A DNA stretch of 64,000 nt from Polyangia bacterium (GTDB taxonomy: Bacteria > Myxococcota_A > Polyangia > Nannocystales > Nannocystaceae), in the NCBI GenBank assembly GCA_030430565.1, contig JAUIKS010000008.1, positions 111,225 through 175,224 on the forward strand. Direction: 5' to 3'. The stretch's first letter is position 1, and each line of letters opens with the position of its first letter. The notes beneath the pieces were generated by a model that searched no databases, had not been told where the DNA came from, and saw nothing but the letters and a program-made list of their open reading frames with translations. The position numbers and the translations under genes were made by a program. Shown in pieces: positions 9,815-23,400 of the stretch.

Positions 9815-11641
9815 CTAGGGCGTCAGCCCGGGAGACGATCCTCCCTGCGGGTGCGGAATCCATCCATCCGCGCGATCACAGCCGTAGGCCAGGGCTGGGA
9901 GCGGCGACGTCACCACGCTCTGCCCGTTGTCCGCGAGCGACTCCGGCGGCGCGCCGCGGCTGTCGACGAGCACAGGATCCCCCGCTGGCACATTGATAAA
10001 AACCGACACCGGCTCGCCCGCGTTCTTGAGCCCGCCCTCGCCGATCGACGAGTCGAGCGTCACCACCGTCGCCGCCTCGGCCGGGTCCGGATCCGCCGGA
10101 TCGCCCCACACGTAGCCACTCCCGACGATCACCGTCCGCTGGCCCGGCTGCGTCGAGAACTCGGGGATCGCGTCGCCGGGTCGATCTTCGGCCAGGCTCG
10201 CCGCGACTTCCTCCCACCCGACATCCGCGATCTGTAGGCCGGCGACGATCACCGCGGCGCCCTGCTCGCGTCGATCCACCAGCTCGACGAATTCCTGCCC
10301 CGGCTCGGATCCGGCCGGATTGCCCAGGACTTCCGAGATCACGAGCGGCGGCGCGGCGAAGCTGTCCCCCGCCGCCACCGTGTAGACCTCACCGGCCGCG
10401 TTCCCGGCCAGGTCCCGCGCGTCCAGGGTGACCTCCAGCGCGTCTCCGGGCGCGATCGTCCCGTCATCGGGCAGTCGCAGCGCGAGCGTGAGCGACCCCT
10501 CCTCGAACACGCTGACCTGCGCGCCCGAGGCCAGTGACAACGAGACCACCAACGGCTCCTGCGCCTGCACGCGCCCGTACACGCAGCGACCGCGCAGCTC
10601 CACCGTCGCGCCCGCGAGCGTCGGTGGTTGCGTATCGGCCGCGCTCGACGTGGCGAACCAATCCGACGCCCCAGGCCGCGTCGCCGGTCGACCGTGACGG
10701 TCCCGTAGCGTCCCGCCGGCCACCCGGTACTGGACCGAGGGATCGAGCGCCCGCTCGGGTCGCCACTCGAGGCAGAACTCGGCCGGCCAGGCCGCGCAGC
10801 CGCGCGGCTCGATCAGCCGCAGGAGCCCGCCGCGGCTGTCCTCGAGCACCAGTGAGACCTCGCCGCCCTGGTCGCCGTCGAGCGCGACCGGGCGCGCGAA
10901 GCTCGTGACCACTCGCTGGAGGTTGATCGGCACCGCGGCCGCCCCGGAGGCCGGCTCGACCAAGCGCGGCTCCGGGCCCGAGGAGCCCTCGTGCGCCGTC
11001 ACGAGGTCTCGCCGCCAGCGGCTCGCCACCCCCTCCTCGTCGACCAGCGGCGCGCCCCCGCGATCACGCGCGCCCCCGACCACCACGCTATAGCGCCAGT
11101 GGGGCGTCAGCGGGCGCAGCGGCGCGATCTCGAGGCGGCTGTCCTCGCCCGCGTCCCCTGGACCGAGCGTCCAGCGCAGCGGGACGATCGCGTCCTCCGG
11201 CGTGTACGCGCCCCCATCGATCATGTCGAGATCACGACTCGACAGCGGGTCTTCTAGACAGCGACCGCGCTCGCACGAGCCGCGCTCGCACACCGGATCG
11301 ACGCGGCACTCGCCGACCTCCTCCCAGGGCGCGATCACGAGGCCGCCGGGCCCGAAGCCGGCCGGATCCATCGGCTCGGAGAACTCGATGACGACGCGCG
11401 GCAACACCTCGACCTCGACCGTCCGCGGCTTGTAGAGCGTCGACGCGACGATCGTCGGCCCCTCGACGTCAGCGTCCGGCGGCGCGAGGCATGCGACCAA
11501 CACGATCGACGCTACGAAGCCCGCGATCGCTTCGATGAACAACCTCGCCGGCAACCTCCCCGCGCCCCGTCGCCGACGCGCGTGAAGCCCGCGCCCTGCT
11601 CCGCTCGTCCCGCTCGTCCCGCTCATCCGCGCTTCTGCCAT
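9815..11641 (-). CDS. Secreted lipoprotein, probable Ig-like/beta-sandwich domains (function unknown)
   Basis: Signal RRRRGAGRLPARLFIEAIAGFVASIVLVACLAPPD. Pro/Gly/Val-rich beta-type composition. Start uncertain (ATG 11641 or 11626; ORF opens at 11677). Contains in-frame 9-bp repeat gctcgtccc x2 (GTSGTSG). Confidence 0.55.
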   Translation of the reverse strand: MAEARMSGTSGTSGAGRGLHARRRRGAGRLPARLFIEAIAGFVASIVLVACLAPPDADVEGPTIVASTLYKPRTVEVEVLPRVVIEFSEPMDPAGFGPGGLVIAPWEEVGECRVDPVCERGSCERGRCLEDPLSSRDLDMIDGGAYTPEDAIVPLRWTLGPGDAGEDSRLEIAPLRPLTPHWRYSVVVGGARDRGGAPLVDEEGVASRWRRDLVTAHEGSSGPEPRLVEPASGAAAVPINLQRVVTSFARPVALDGDQGGEVSLVLEDSRGGLLRLIEPRGCAAWPAEFCLEWRPERALDPSVQYRVAGGTLRDRHGRPATRPGASDWFATSSAADTQPPTLAGATVELRGRCVYGRVQAQEPLVVSLSLASGAQVSVFEEGSLTLALRLPDDGTIAPGDALEVTLDARDLAGNAAGEVYTVAAGDSFAAPPLVISEVLGNPAGSEPGQEFVELVDRREQGAAVIVAGLQIADVGWEEVAASLAEDRPGDAIPEFSTQPGQRTVIVGSGYVWGDPADPDPAEAATVVTLDSSIGEGGLKNAGEPVSVFINVPAGDPVLVDSRGAPPESLADNGQSVVTSPLPALAYGCDRADGWIPHPQGGSSPGLTP

Positions 11642-11743
11642 CACCGATCGCTCGGCCGCCCGCGCCGGTGGTTGCACCTACAAATTCCTGCTCTGGCCGC
11701 GCCGAGTTGAGCGCCATGGCGTTCCGTGCGACCGTCCTCGCCT

Positions 11744-13165
11744 ATGGCCAGCCGCCGCCAACGCGCGACGCGCGAGCGCTCGCCCGCGCGACGCCGCCTC
11801 GTCACGCTCGCGCTGCTGCTCGGCCCCGCGTCGGCCTGCTCTGAATCCAGCGCGACGACTCGGACTAGCTCTTCTGGGCAGGTCACCGGCGGCGACGCGA
11901 CGCCGCCCACGACCGAGGCGGAGCCCGCGACGACCGGCTCCGACGCGGCCACGACGACGACGACGACCAGCCACGACGAGCCGCCCGGCGACGCCGCGAC
12001 GACCGACGCCAAATTCGACGTCGGCGCGCAGCCCGATGTCGCCTCCCCGCCCGGGTGCCCCGGAGACGGCCCCGATCTCGTCTACAGCCACATCTGGGTC
12101 GCCAACTCGCCGGGCGGGACCGTGACCAAGATCGACACGCGCACGCGCGAGCAGCTCGCGCGCTACTTCACCGCGCCGAGCCACGCCGGCAACCCCTCTC
12201 GCACCTCGGTAAACCGCGCCGGCGATGTCGCCGTGGTCAACCGCGCCGGCGGTGTCGTCGCCTTCGCCGGTCGCCGCGCCCGCTGCGTCGACCGCGACGG
12301 CGACGGGCAGATCACGACCGCCCAGCCAGGCGCGCCGCCGCTGCCCTGGCCCGACGACGAGTGCCTCCTGTGGCACACGCCGCTGCCCCCCGACTCGCGC
12401 CCGGTCGCGTGGACCCCCGGCGAGATCGTCGAGGGCCCGACGCCGGACGAAGACGGCTGCGAGCTCGAGCTCGTGGGCGCGATGCTGTGGAGCTCCGCGC
12501 CTGTCGGATCCGACATCCACGTCTACCTGCTCGACGGCGAGAGCGGCGACATCGTCGACGCCGCGGTGATCCCCGATCGCGCGAGCGTGTTCGGGATCTA
12601 CGGCGCGGCGGTCAACAGCGCCGGCGACTTCTGGGGCGTGGTCTACCCCGAGGGCCCGCTCGTGCGCGTCGCCTTCGCCGACCTCGCGCACGAGGTCATC
12701 GAGCTCGAGCTCCCAAGCGCCTACGGCTTCACGGTCGACGGCTACGGTCGCCCCTGGGTCGGCGGCTTCGACGGCGCGCTGCAGCGGCTGCACCCGCCGT
12801 CGCACACCTGGGCGACCGTCGACACCGGGCTCAACAGCCTCCTGCGCGGCATGACCGAGGGGCCCGGCGGCGCGCTGTGGATCGCGACGCTCGCGCCCGC
12901 GGGCCTGCTGAAGGTCGACACGGGCTCGCTCGAGGTCCTGACGCATCTCGGCGACGAGGCGCTGCCAGGCGTCGACACCCCGACCGGCGCGAGCGTCGAC
13001 GGCGAGGGCAAGATCTGGCTCGTTGACCAGAACGCGGCGGGCGGCGGCGCGTTCGTCTACGACCCCGCAACCGCTGCGGTCGAGTTCATCGGCGGCCTCG
13101 AGGCGCCCTACACCTACTCCGACATGACGGGCTGGGCGCTGGGCAACGTCGCCGCGCCCGGGTAG
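11744..13165 (+). CDS. Secreted lipoprotein with beta-propeller-like domain (function unknown)
   Basis: ATG 11744. Signal MASRRQRATRERSPARRRLVTLALLLGPASACSES. Thr/Ser-rich linker, then repeats of the type GDVAVVNRAGGVVAF.. / AGDFWGVVYPEGPLVRVAF.. / GPGGALWIATLAPAGLLKVD. The antisense ORF 11678-13219 is junk. Confidence 0.65.
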   Translation: MASRRQRATRERSPARRRLVTLALLLGPASACSESSATTRTSSSGQVTGGDATPPTTEAEPATTGSDAATTTTTTSHDEPPGDAATTDAKFDVGAQPDVASPPGCPGDGPDLVYSHIWVANSPGGTVTKIDTRTREQLARYFTAPSHAGNPSRTSVNRAGDVAVVNRAGGVVAFAGRRARCVDRDGDGQITTAQPGAPPLPWPDDECLLWHTPLPPDSRPVAWTPGEIVEGPTPDEDGCELELVGAMLWSSAPVGSDIHVYLLDGESGDIVDAAVIPDRASVFGIYGAAVNSAGDFWGVVYPEGPLVRVAFADLAHEVIELELPSAYGFTVDGYGRPWVGGFDGALQRLHPPSHTWATVDTGLNSLLRGMTEGPGGALWIATLAPAGLLKVDTGSLEVLTHLGDEALPGVDTPTGASVDGEGKIWLVDQNAAGGGAFVYDPATAAVEFIGGLEAPYTYSDMTGWALGNVAAPG

Positions 13166-13236
13166 CCGCTGACGAGATCGCGGCGCGCCCGGGCGCGCTT
13201 CACCAGCCCGTGAAGACATGTCTTTATCGACCTGTT

Positions 13237-13272
13237 GAGCACGCGTGAGCGCGCGCGCGCTCGCGCGTGCTC
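13237..13272. terminator. 36-nt near-perfect GC-rich palindrome downstream of the 13165 stop (possible terminator hairpin or protein-binding site; no U-tail)
   Basis: gagcacgcg t gagcgcgcgcgcgctc g cgcgtgctc; the reverse complement is identical except for the central pair. Confidence 0.3.
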
Positions 13273-13429
13273 GCGCGCGCCTCGACCTCCAGCACGAGGC
13301 CGCCGCCGCGAGTGCTTCCGCCCCGCGCGGCGTCCTCCCTCACGCGCTCGCGCCGGCGCAGAGCCGCGCGCCGCGGGGGTGAAAATCAACCTGTTTGAGT
13401 GAACATGTCAGTGGCATGATTGAAGGGTC

Positions 13430-16964
<3,535 letters not shown>

Positions 16965-17087
16965 CGACGTCCGCGCTCGCGCGCGCCGCGACGAATCACA
17001 CATGTCTATGAGGTCATGTGTTATCGCGCTCGCGTACCATCCAGGTGTCGTCGTCATCGCGATGGCGCGCGGCGGGAGGTAGCGAAG

Positions 17088-19793
17088 ATGAAGGTCAAGA
17101 CAGACGAGGCGCTCGAGAACTTCTTGGGCGCGCCCGGGGAGGCGTGGTTCACCGGCGCCCGCATCAAGTCCGTGCGCGATCAGCCGCTCACGCCCGGCGG
17201 GCGCACGCGGCTCACGCTCTTCGAACGCGCCGACGCGTCCGGGCGCGCGCACCCGCGGATGCAGCTGAGCACGCCGCCGGCGACGGACCCCGACCCGCGC
17301 GAGCCGCTGCTCGACCCGAGCGTCGAGCTGACCGATCGGGCGAGCTTCACGGCGTGGGTCGAGGGCGCCCTGCGCACGCACGCGCGCTACCTCGCCGGGG
17401 ACGATCTCGCCAGGGGCCACGCGGCGGCCCAGGCCGGCAGCGCGCGCTTCCTCGTCAACAGCGTCCGCGGCCAGCGCGTCGCGGCGCTGTTTCGCGACGC
17501 GCGCGCGCGCCTGAGCGCGCTCGTCGAGCACCGCGGCTGGGACGAGGCCGAGCGCGTCGCCTGCGAGCGCGCGCTCGCGGTCCTCGAGGACGAGTCCTAC
17601 GCCGGCGACCTCGAGTACGACGACAGCGACACCGGCACCTACCACAGCTACGGCAAGGACCACCCCTTCGTCCACTACCTCGAGCGGATCCTCGACGGCC
17701 TGCCGCGCGAGGGGAGCAAGCCCTTCGTCTCGCTCGCGCCGGCGCAGCAGCTCGCGGTCCGCTCCCAGCGCGAGCAGGCGCGCCGCCACCTCGACCACCT
17801 GATGCGTCACAAGTACGCCTACGAGGGCGTGCGCGAGACCGACATCGAGCGCTCGGTCGGCGGCTTCTTGATCGACCGGCGCACGCGGAACATGGTCTCT
17901 GAGACACCTGAGAGCGCGGCCGGGCTCGTGCCCGCCTACGAGCTGCTGCGCGTCAAGCCGGGCGCCGACCGCCCGGACGCCGGCGCCTACCTCTACCGCG
18001 CGGGCGATCAGCTGCGGCGCTGCGAGGACCACCGCCTCGCCGAGGGGCTCTCGGCGGAGCAGCTGCGTCGCATCCCCGTCCCCGACGAGCGCCTCACCTT
18101 CCGGCGCGCGCCCAACGACGAGGCGCTGCGCGCCAACGTCCGCCTCGACTGGGATCGCAACGGCTACGTCCAGCCCGGCAAGATCGGCTGGGTCGGCTGG
18201 GCCGGCCACTGCGACATCAAGGCGATCATGGAGTCCCTCGGGCTCACGCTCCTCGACGCGCCCGAGGTCCACGAGTACCGCGCCGACACCGGCTCGGTCA
18301 CCCGCTTCACGCGCGCGCACCTCATCGAGATGCTCGCCAGCGTCATGGAGCTGGGCTCGGTCTATCAATACGCCGACGGCGGCGGGACGCTCGAGCGCGG
18401 CGTTCACCACTTCGGCGGCTTCCGCAACGACAGCCGCCCCGACCGGATCCAATTCCGCGGCCACGCGCGCGGCAAGCACTTCCGCTGGCCGCTCTCGGGG
18501 CGCCAGGACATCTTCGTCGTCAAGGCGATCGAGACCGCGGAGGGCGAGCGCCTCAACATGGACACGGTGTTCTTCCGCAACCTGCCTGACCTCGAGGCCA
18601 TCGACTTCGCCCCCAACCCCCGCTTCCTCAAGACCGTCGAGGGCGACTACAACCTCATCGACGTGACCGGCCACCTGCTGCACGCGGTCGCCAAGGTCGA
18701 CGAGATCGACGCCGGCGGCTACCCCGTGCAGCGCTCCGAGGCGGTGACGATCGACCTCCGCGCCGACGCCGAGCAGACCCGCTACTTCCTCGGCACGCAC
18801 ATCAAAGACGCCGCGAAGCGCGAGATCTACCGGCTCTACCTCGACCGCGCCGCCGGCTCGATCGTCGCCGAGCTGTTCCGGTGGACCGTCGGCGACGGCG
18901 CCGAGGGCTTCACCGCGACGCCCGTCCCCGGGGAGAACGTCACCATCCCGCTCGCCTCGCCCGTGAGCGCGACGCTGAGCCGCGAGATGAAGCGCGACGA
19001 CCCCTCCGCGTTCCGCAAGCTGCTCGAGCTCGCCACGCGCACAGGGCAGAGCATCTGCACGGACACGGACATGGAGGCCGAGGTCTGGAACGGCGTCGTC
19101 ACCCACATCCAGCTGCGCAAGCGCGGCGCGAACGAGGACGCCGGCGTCGAGCATTGGGAGGTGCACGTCAAGGCGCGCTTCGGCGAGGCCTCGCTCAAGT
19201 ACCTCGTGCGCCGCGACGCGCGCGGCGAGCCGTTCGCGTGGTGCCCGGCGATCGGCGAGGAGACCCGCGGGATGACCATCGACTTCCTCTGGCAGGACTT
19301 CCCCGATGTCGCGAGCAAGGGGATCGAGGACGGCGAGTGGGTCGTCAACAAGACCATGCTCGAGCGCGGCCTCGTCGAGCTGCGAGACGCGCCCCACGAG
19401 GAGGGCGGCTTCTACGTGACCGACGACCACATCAAGAACGTCTTCGAGCTGATCTTCTCGGGGCTCGCCGGCTATCGCCACACCATCGTCCACAACAACA
19501 AGCGCTACGGGTTCAAGGACGAGGCCTCGTGGCGCGAGGCGAAGCGGCGGCTTCGCGCGCTGCGCGACGCGCTCCAATTCGAGGGCCCAGGCGCCGACGA
19601 TCCGTGGCCCGCCTCGACCGCGCCCGAGCCCGAGCCCGAGCCTGCTGACGAAGCCGCTGATCAACCCGCCGATCAACCCGCCGATCAACCCGACGCCGAC
19701 CCCACGAACGAAGCCGAGGCTGACGCCCCAACAGGGGTGCAGGAGCCGGAGACGGGCGCCAGCGAGCCGCCCGAGGGCGCGTCCCCGAGCTGA
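17088..19793 (+). CDS. Large hypothetical protein (~900 aa) with GHC motif and acidic Pro/Glu/Ala/Asp-rich C-terminal tail
   Basis: ATG 17088 preceded by GGAGG. No recognisable domain by eye. Motif GWVGWAGHCDIKA. C-terminal EPEPEPADEAADQPADQPADQPDADP encoded by 12-bp tandem repeat gccgatcaaccc x3. The antisense 1770-aa ORF 14376-19688 is composition junk. Confidence 0.6.
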   Translation: MKVKTDEALENFLGAPGEAWFTGARIKSVRDQPLTPGGRTRLTLFERADASGRAHPRMQLSTPPATDPDPREPLLDPSVELTDRASFTAWVEGALRTHARYLAGDDLARGHAAAQAGSARFLVNSVRGQRVAALFRDARARLSALVEHRGWDEAERVACERALAVLEDESYAGDLEYDDSDTGTYHSYGKDHPFVHYLERILDGLPREGSKPFVSLAPAQQLAVRSQREQARRHLDHLMRHKYAYEGVRETDIERSVGGFLIDRRTRNMVSETPESAAGLVPAYELLRVKPGADRPDAGAYLYRAGDQLRRCEDHRLAEGLSAEQLRRIPVPDERLTFRRAPNDEALRANVRLDWDRNGYVQPGKIGWVGWAGHCDIKAIMESLGLTLLDAPEVHEYRADTGSVTRFTRAHLIEMLASVMELGSVYQYADGGGTLERGVHHFGGFRNDSRPDRIQFRGHARGKHFRWPLSGRQDIFVVKAIETAEGERLNMDTVFFRNLPDLEAIDFAPNPRFLKTVEGDYNLIDVTGHLLHAVAKVDEIDAGGYPVQRSEAVTIDLRADAEQTRYFLGTHIKDAAKREIYRLYLDRAAGSIVAELFRWTVGDGAEGFTATPVPGENVTIPLASPVSATLSREMKRDDPSAFRKLLELATRTGQSICTDTDMEAEVWNGVVTHIQLRKRGANEDAGVEHWEVHVKARFGEASLKYLVRRDARGEPFAWCPAIGEETRGMTIDFLWQDFPDVASKGIEDGEWVVNKTMLERGLVELRDAPHEEGGFYVTDDHIKNVFELIFSGLAGYRHTIVHNNKRYGFKDEASWREAKRRLRALRDALQFEGPGADDPWPASTAPEPEPEPADEAADQPADQPADQPDADPTNEAEADAPTGVQEPETGASEPPEGASPS

Positions 19794-19816
19794 TCAAGCG
19801 CAAAAACCGCCACAAC

Positions 19817-19855
19817 CGACGCGCGCGTCAACGCTCGACGCGCGCGTCGTTTTTG
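19817..19855 (+). terminator. Rho-independent terminator (13-bp perfect stem, 7-nt loop, T5)
   Basis: cgacgcgcgcgtc aacgctc gacgcgcgcgtcg ttttt, 24 nt after the 19793 stop. Confidence 0.7.
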
Positions 19856-20012
19856 CCGCCTGGGGCACAACGCCACAGGTTCAAAAATATCAAACACTTA
19901 CAAACGCAGACCCCGCATTCGACCGGCCGAGCCACGTTCTCCACAAGTTATCCACAGCGAATTTGCAGTGATTTGAAAAACATAAATTTCTTCTTCACAT
20001 CTCCTCCGTACG
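19856..20012. promoter_or_regulatory. AT-rich island (~45-50% GC in a ~70% GC background) in the 615-bp intergenic region upstream of the giant kinase gene
   Basis: ggttcaaaaatatcaaacacttacaaacgcag...aatttgcagtgatttgaaaaacataaatttcttcttcacat; no ORF with protein-like composition. Confidence 0.35.
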
Positions 20013-20408
20013 ACGCCTCCACGACGCCGGCGACGCGCGGAACATGTCCCAAAGACCTACTACGGCGTACATCGGCGCCGACCTCCCGGTGGCCGCGGGT
20101 GGACCTGCGCGGGCGACCGCGCGCTGGCCTCCCGCCCGCCCCCGCGCGCGGCAGATCTGTCCCCTGAGACACAGCTATTCGGAGCCCGCCGACGCGGCGG
20201 CTGGCCTGTGCACATACAACGACCGCCGCCGCGCGCGCGCTGAGGCCGGGCGACGCGATCGCCGGCGCGCCCGCGACCGCGCGAGCGCGCGACCGCCTCG
20301 CCCCGACCGCCCCCGAGCCCGCCGCGGGCCCGCGGGCGATCAGATCCAAATCTGTCCGATAAGACTCCTGAAAACGAGCGCCGAGAGCTCGCCTCGCGCG
20401 TTTTCGCG

Positions 20409-23400
20409 TTGACCCCCGTCGTCGCCCGCGACTCCCGGCGATTTCGCGGCGATGCGATGGGCGATAGACTATCGGCAGGAATGAGCCCGCCTCCTCCCGC
20501 TGCGGGCAGCGCCCCGCCCGATCGACCGGAGCACCCGCAACACATCGGGCACTTCTCCGTGCTGTACACGCTCGGCGAGGGCGGCATGGGCGTGGTCTAC
20601 GCGGCCCGCGACAACAAGCTCGGCCGCAAGGTCGCTATCAAGGTCGTCCACAAGGCGCCGGGTGACGAGTCGCGCGGACGCGCGCGGATGCTCCGCGAGG
20701 CCCAGGCGATGGCTCGCCTCTCGCACCCCAACGTCGTCCAGGTCTACGAGGTCGGGGAGCACGACGGGCAGGTCTACGTCGCCATGGAGTTCGTCAAGGG
20801 GCGAACGCTGCGCGACTGGCAGAACGAGTCGACGCGCTCGTGGAAGGAGATCCTCGAGCGCTACCTCGAGGCCGGGCGCGGGCTCGCGGCGGCCCACAAA
20901 AAAGGCCTCGTGCACTGCGACTTCAAGCCGCACAACGTCCTCGTCGACGACGAGGAGGGCCGCGTGCGGGTCCTCGACTTCGGGCTCGCGCGCACCTACC
21001 ACCAGCAGAGCGTCAACGTGAAGGCGCGCAAGGCCGCGGCGCTCGGCGCCCAGCGTGCCGGCCTCGAGACCCTCGAGACCTCGATGACGGTCTCGGACAC
21101 CGTGACCGGCACGCCCGCGTACATGTCCCCAGAGCAATACCAGGGCCGACGCGCGACGGCCTACAGCGACCAGTTCAGCTTCTGCGTCGCGATCTACGAG
21201 GGGCTCTACGGCGCGCGCCCGTTCTCGGGGCAGAACCCGGCCGCGCTCGCCTTCCAGGTCAGCGCCGGCGAGATCGAGGACCCGCCCCGCGACGCCAAGG
21301 TCCCGAGCTGGCTGCGCCGCGTGATCGTGCGCGGGCTCTCGCCGGATCCCGAGGAGCGCTGGCCGTCGATGGAGGCGCTGATGTCCGCGCTCCAGCGCGA
21401 CGCCGGCGCCGCGCGCCGCTTCCGGGTCCGCATCGAGGGCATCAACATCGAGCGCTTCAAGCTGCTGTCGTCGGCCGGCTACGAGCAGCTCAAGCCGTTC
21501 CGCGACGGGCAGGCGACGGTCGTCTACGCCGGGCTGCGGGCCGAGGACCACAAGCCGGTGCTCGTGAAGCTGCTGCGCAACGAGGCGCCGACGCCCAGCG
21601 AGCTCGCCCGCATGCGCCGCGAGCGGAGCCTGCTCGAGCGCTTCGATGACCCCGGCGTCGTGCGGGCGCTCCGCCTCGAGCACCACGGCCGCGGCCTCGC
21701 GCTCGCGCTCGAGAACTTCGGCGGCACCTCGCTGCGCCAGCGCATCGTCGAGACCGGCGGCCTCACGGTCGACGAGTTCCTGCGCTTCTCGACCAAGCTC
21801 GTCGACGCGCTCGCGGTCGTGCACGCCGAGGGCCTGGTCCACAAGGACATCAGCCCCGAGCACATCCTGTTCCACCGCGCGAGCGGCCGCGTCGCGCTGA
21901 TGGACTTCGACGTCGCCTCGGAGATCTCGGAGGAGGCGCCCTCGGTCGTCGACCCGGACCAGCTCGAGGGCACGCTCGCCTACATGGCGCCGGAGCAGAC
22001 CGGGCGGATGAACCGCAAGGTCGACTACCGCAGCGACTACTACGCGCTCGGCGTGACCTTCTACGAGGCGCTCACCGGGCAGCTGCCCTTCGAGACATCC
22101 CACCCGATGGAGCTGGTGCACGCCCACATCGCGCTCGCGCCGACGCCCCCCAGCGAGGTCTCCGCCAACGTCCCCGAGGCGCTCTCGCGGATCGTGCTGC
22201 GCCTGATGTCGAAGACGGCCGAGGATCGCTACCAGAGCGCCGACGGCCTCCGCCTCGATCTCGAGCGCTGCGCGCGGGAGTGGGACCGCCACGGCTGGAT
22301 CGAGGACTTCGAGCCCGGCGAGCACGACACCACCGACACCTTCCAGATCCCGCAGAAGCTCTACGGGCGCGAGCACAGCGTCAACCTGCTGATGGCGGCC
22401 TTCGAGCGCGCCGCCAGCGGCTCGACCGAGGTCATGCTGATCGCGGGGCCCTCCGGCATCGGCAAGTCGGCCGTGATCCGCGAGGTCCACAAGCCGATCG
22501 TCGCGCGCCGCGGCTACTTCATCTCCGGCAAGTCCGACCCGCTCAGCCGCGACGTGCCGTACACCGCGATCATCCAGGCCTTCCAGGACCTGTTCAAGCA
22601 GCTGCTGCGCGAGTCCGACGAGTCGCTGCAGCGCTGGCGCGACCGCCTGCTCAAGGCGCTCTCGGGGCAGGGGCAGGTGCTGGTCGACGTCGTGCCCGAG
22701 CTCGAGCTCATCATCGGCGCGCAGGCGCCGGTGCCCGGGCTGCCCCCCACCGAGTCCGCGAACCGCTTCCGCTCGCTGTTCAGCAAGCTGGTGCAGGTGT
22801 TCGCGCGCGAGGAGCACCCGCTCGTGCTGTTCCTCGACGATCTGCAGTGGAGCGACCTCGCCGCGCTCAAGCTGATCGAGCAGCTCGCGATCGACAACGA
22901 GCTCGCCAACCTCCTGATCCTCGGCGCCTACCGCGACCACGAGGTCCCGCCCGACCACCTGCTCAACCAGATCGTGCGCGCGATCGAGGAGGCCGGGCGA
23001 GAGATCGCGCGCCACACCCTGCAGCCGCTCGACCTCGAGCACACCGCGGCGCTGGTCCGCGACACGCTCACGCCGACCAAGCGCGACGCCGGCGAGCTCG
23101 TGCGCGTCATCCAGACCAAGACCGAGGGCAACCCCTTCTTCGTCCGCGTGCTGCTCAGCTCGCTCTACGAGCAGGGCGCGCTGCGCTTCGATCGATCCCA
23201 GGGCGGCTGGCTCTGGGATGACGCCGAGCTCGCCAGCGTGCGGCTCAGCGACGACATCGTCGCGCTCATGAGCTCGCGGATCGGCGAGCTCTCGCGGCCG
23301 GCCCGCGACGCGATCGAGCACGCGGCCTGCCTCGGCAACCGCTTCACCTTAGAGCTGCTCTCGATCATCACGGAGCAGCAGCCGCGGATCGTCGTGCGCG

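Noticed and set aside
11678-13219. 513-aa minus-strand ORF
   Set aside because: Antisense to the beta-propeller lipoprotein gene. Arg-rich junk.
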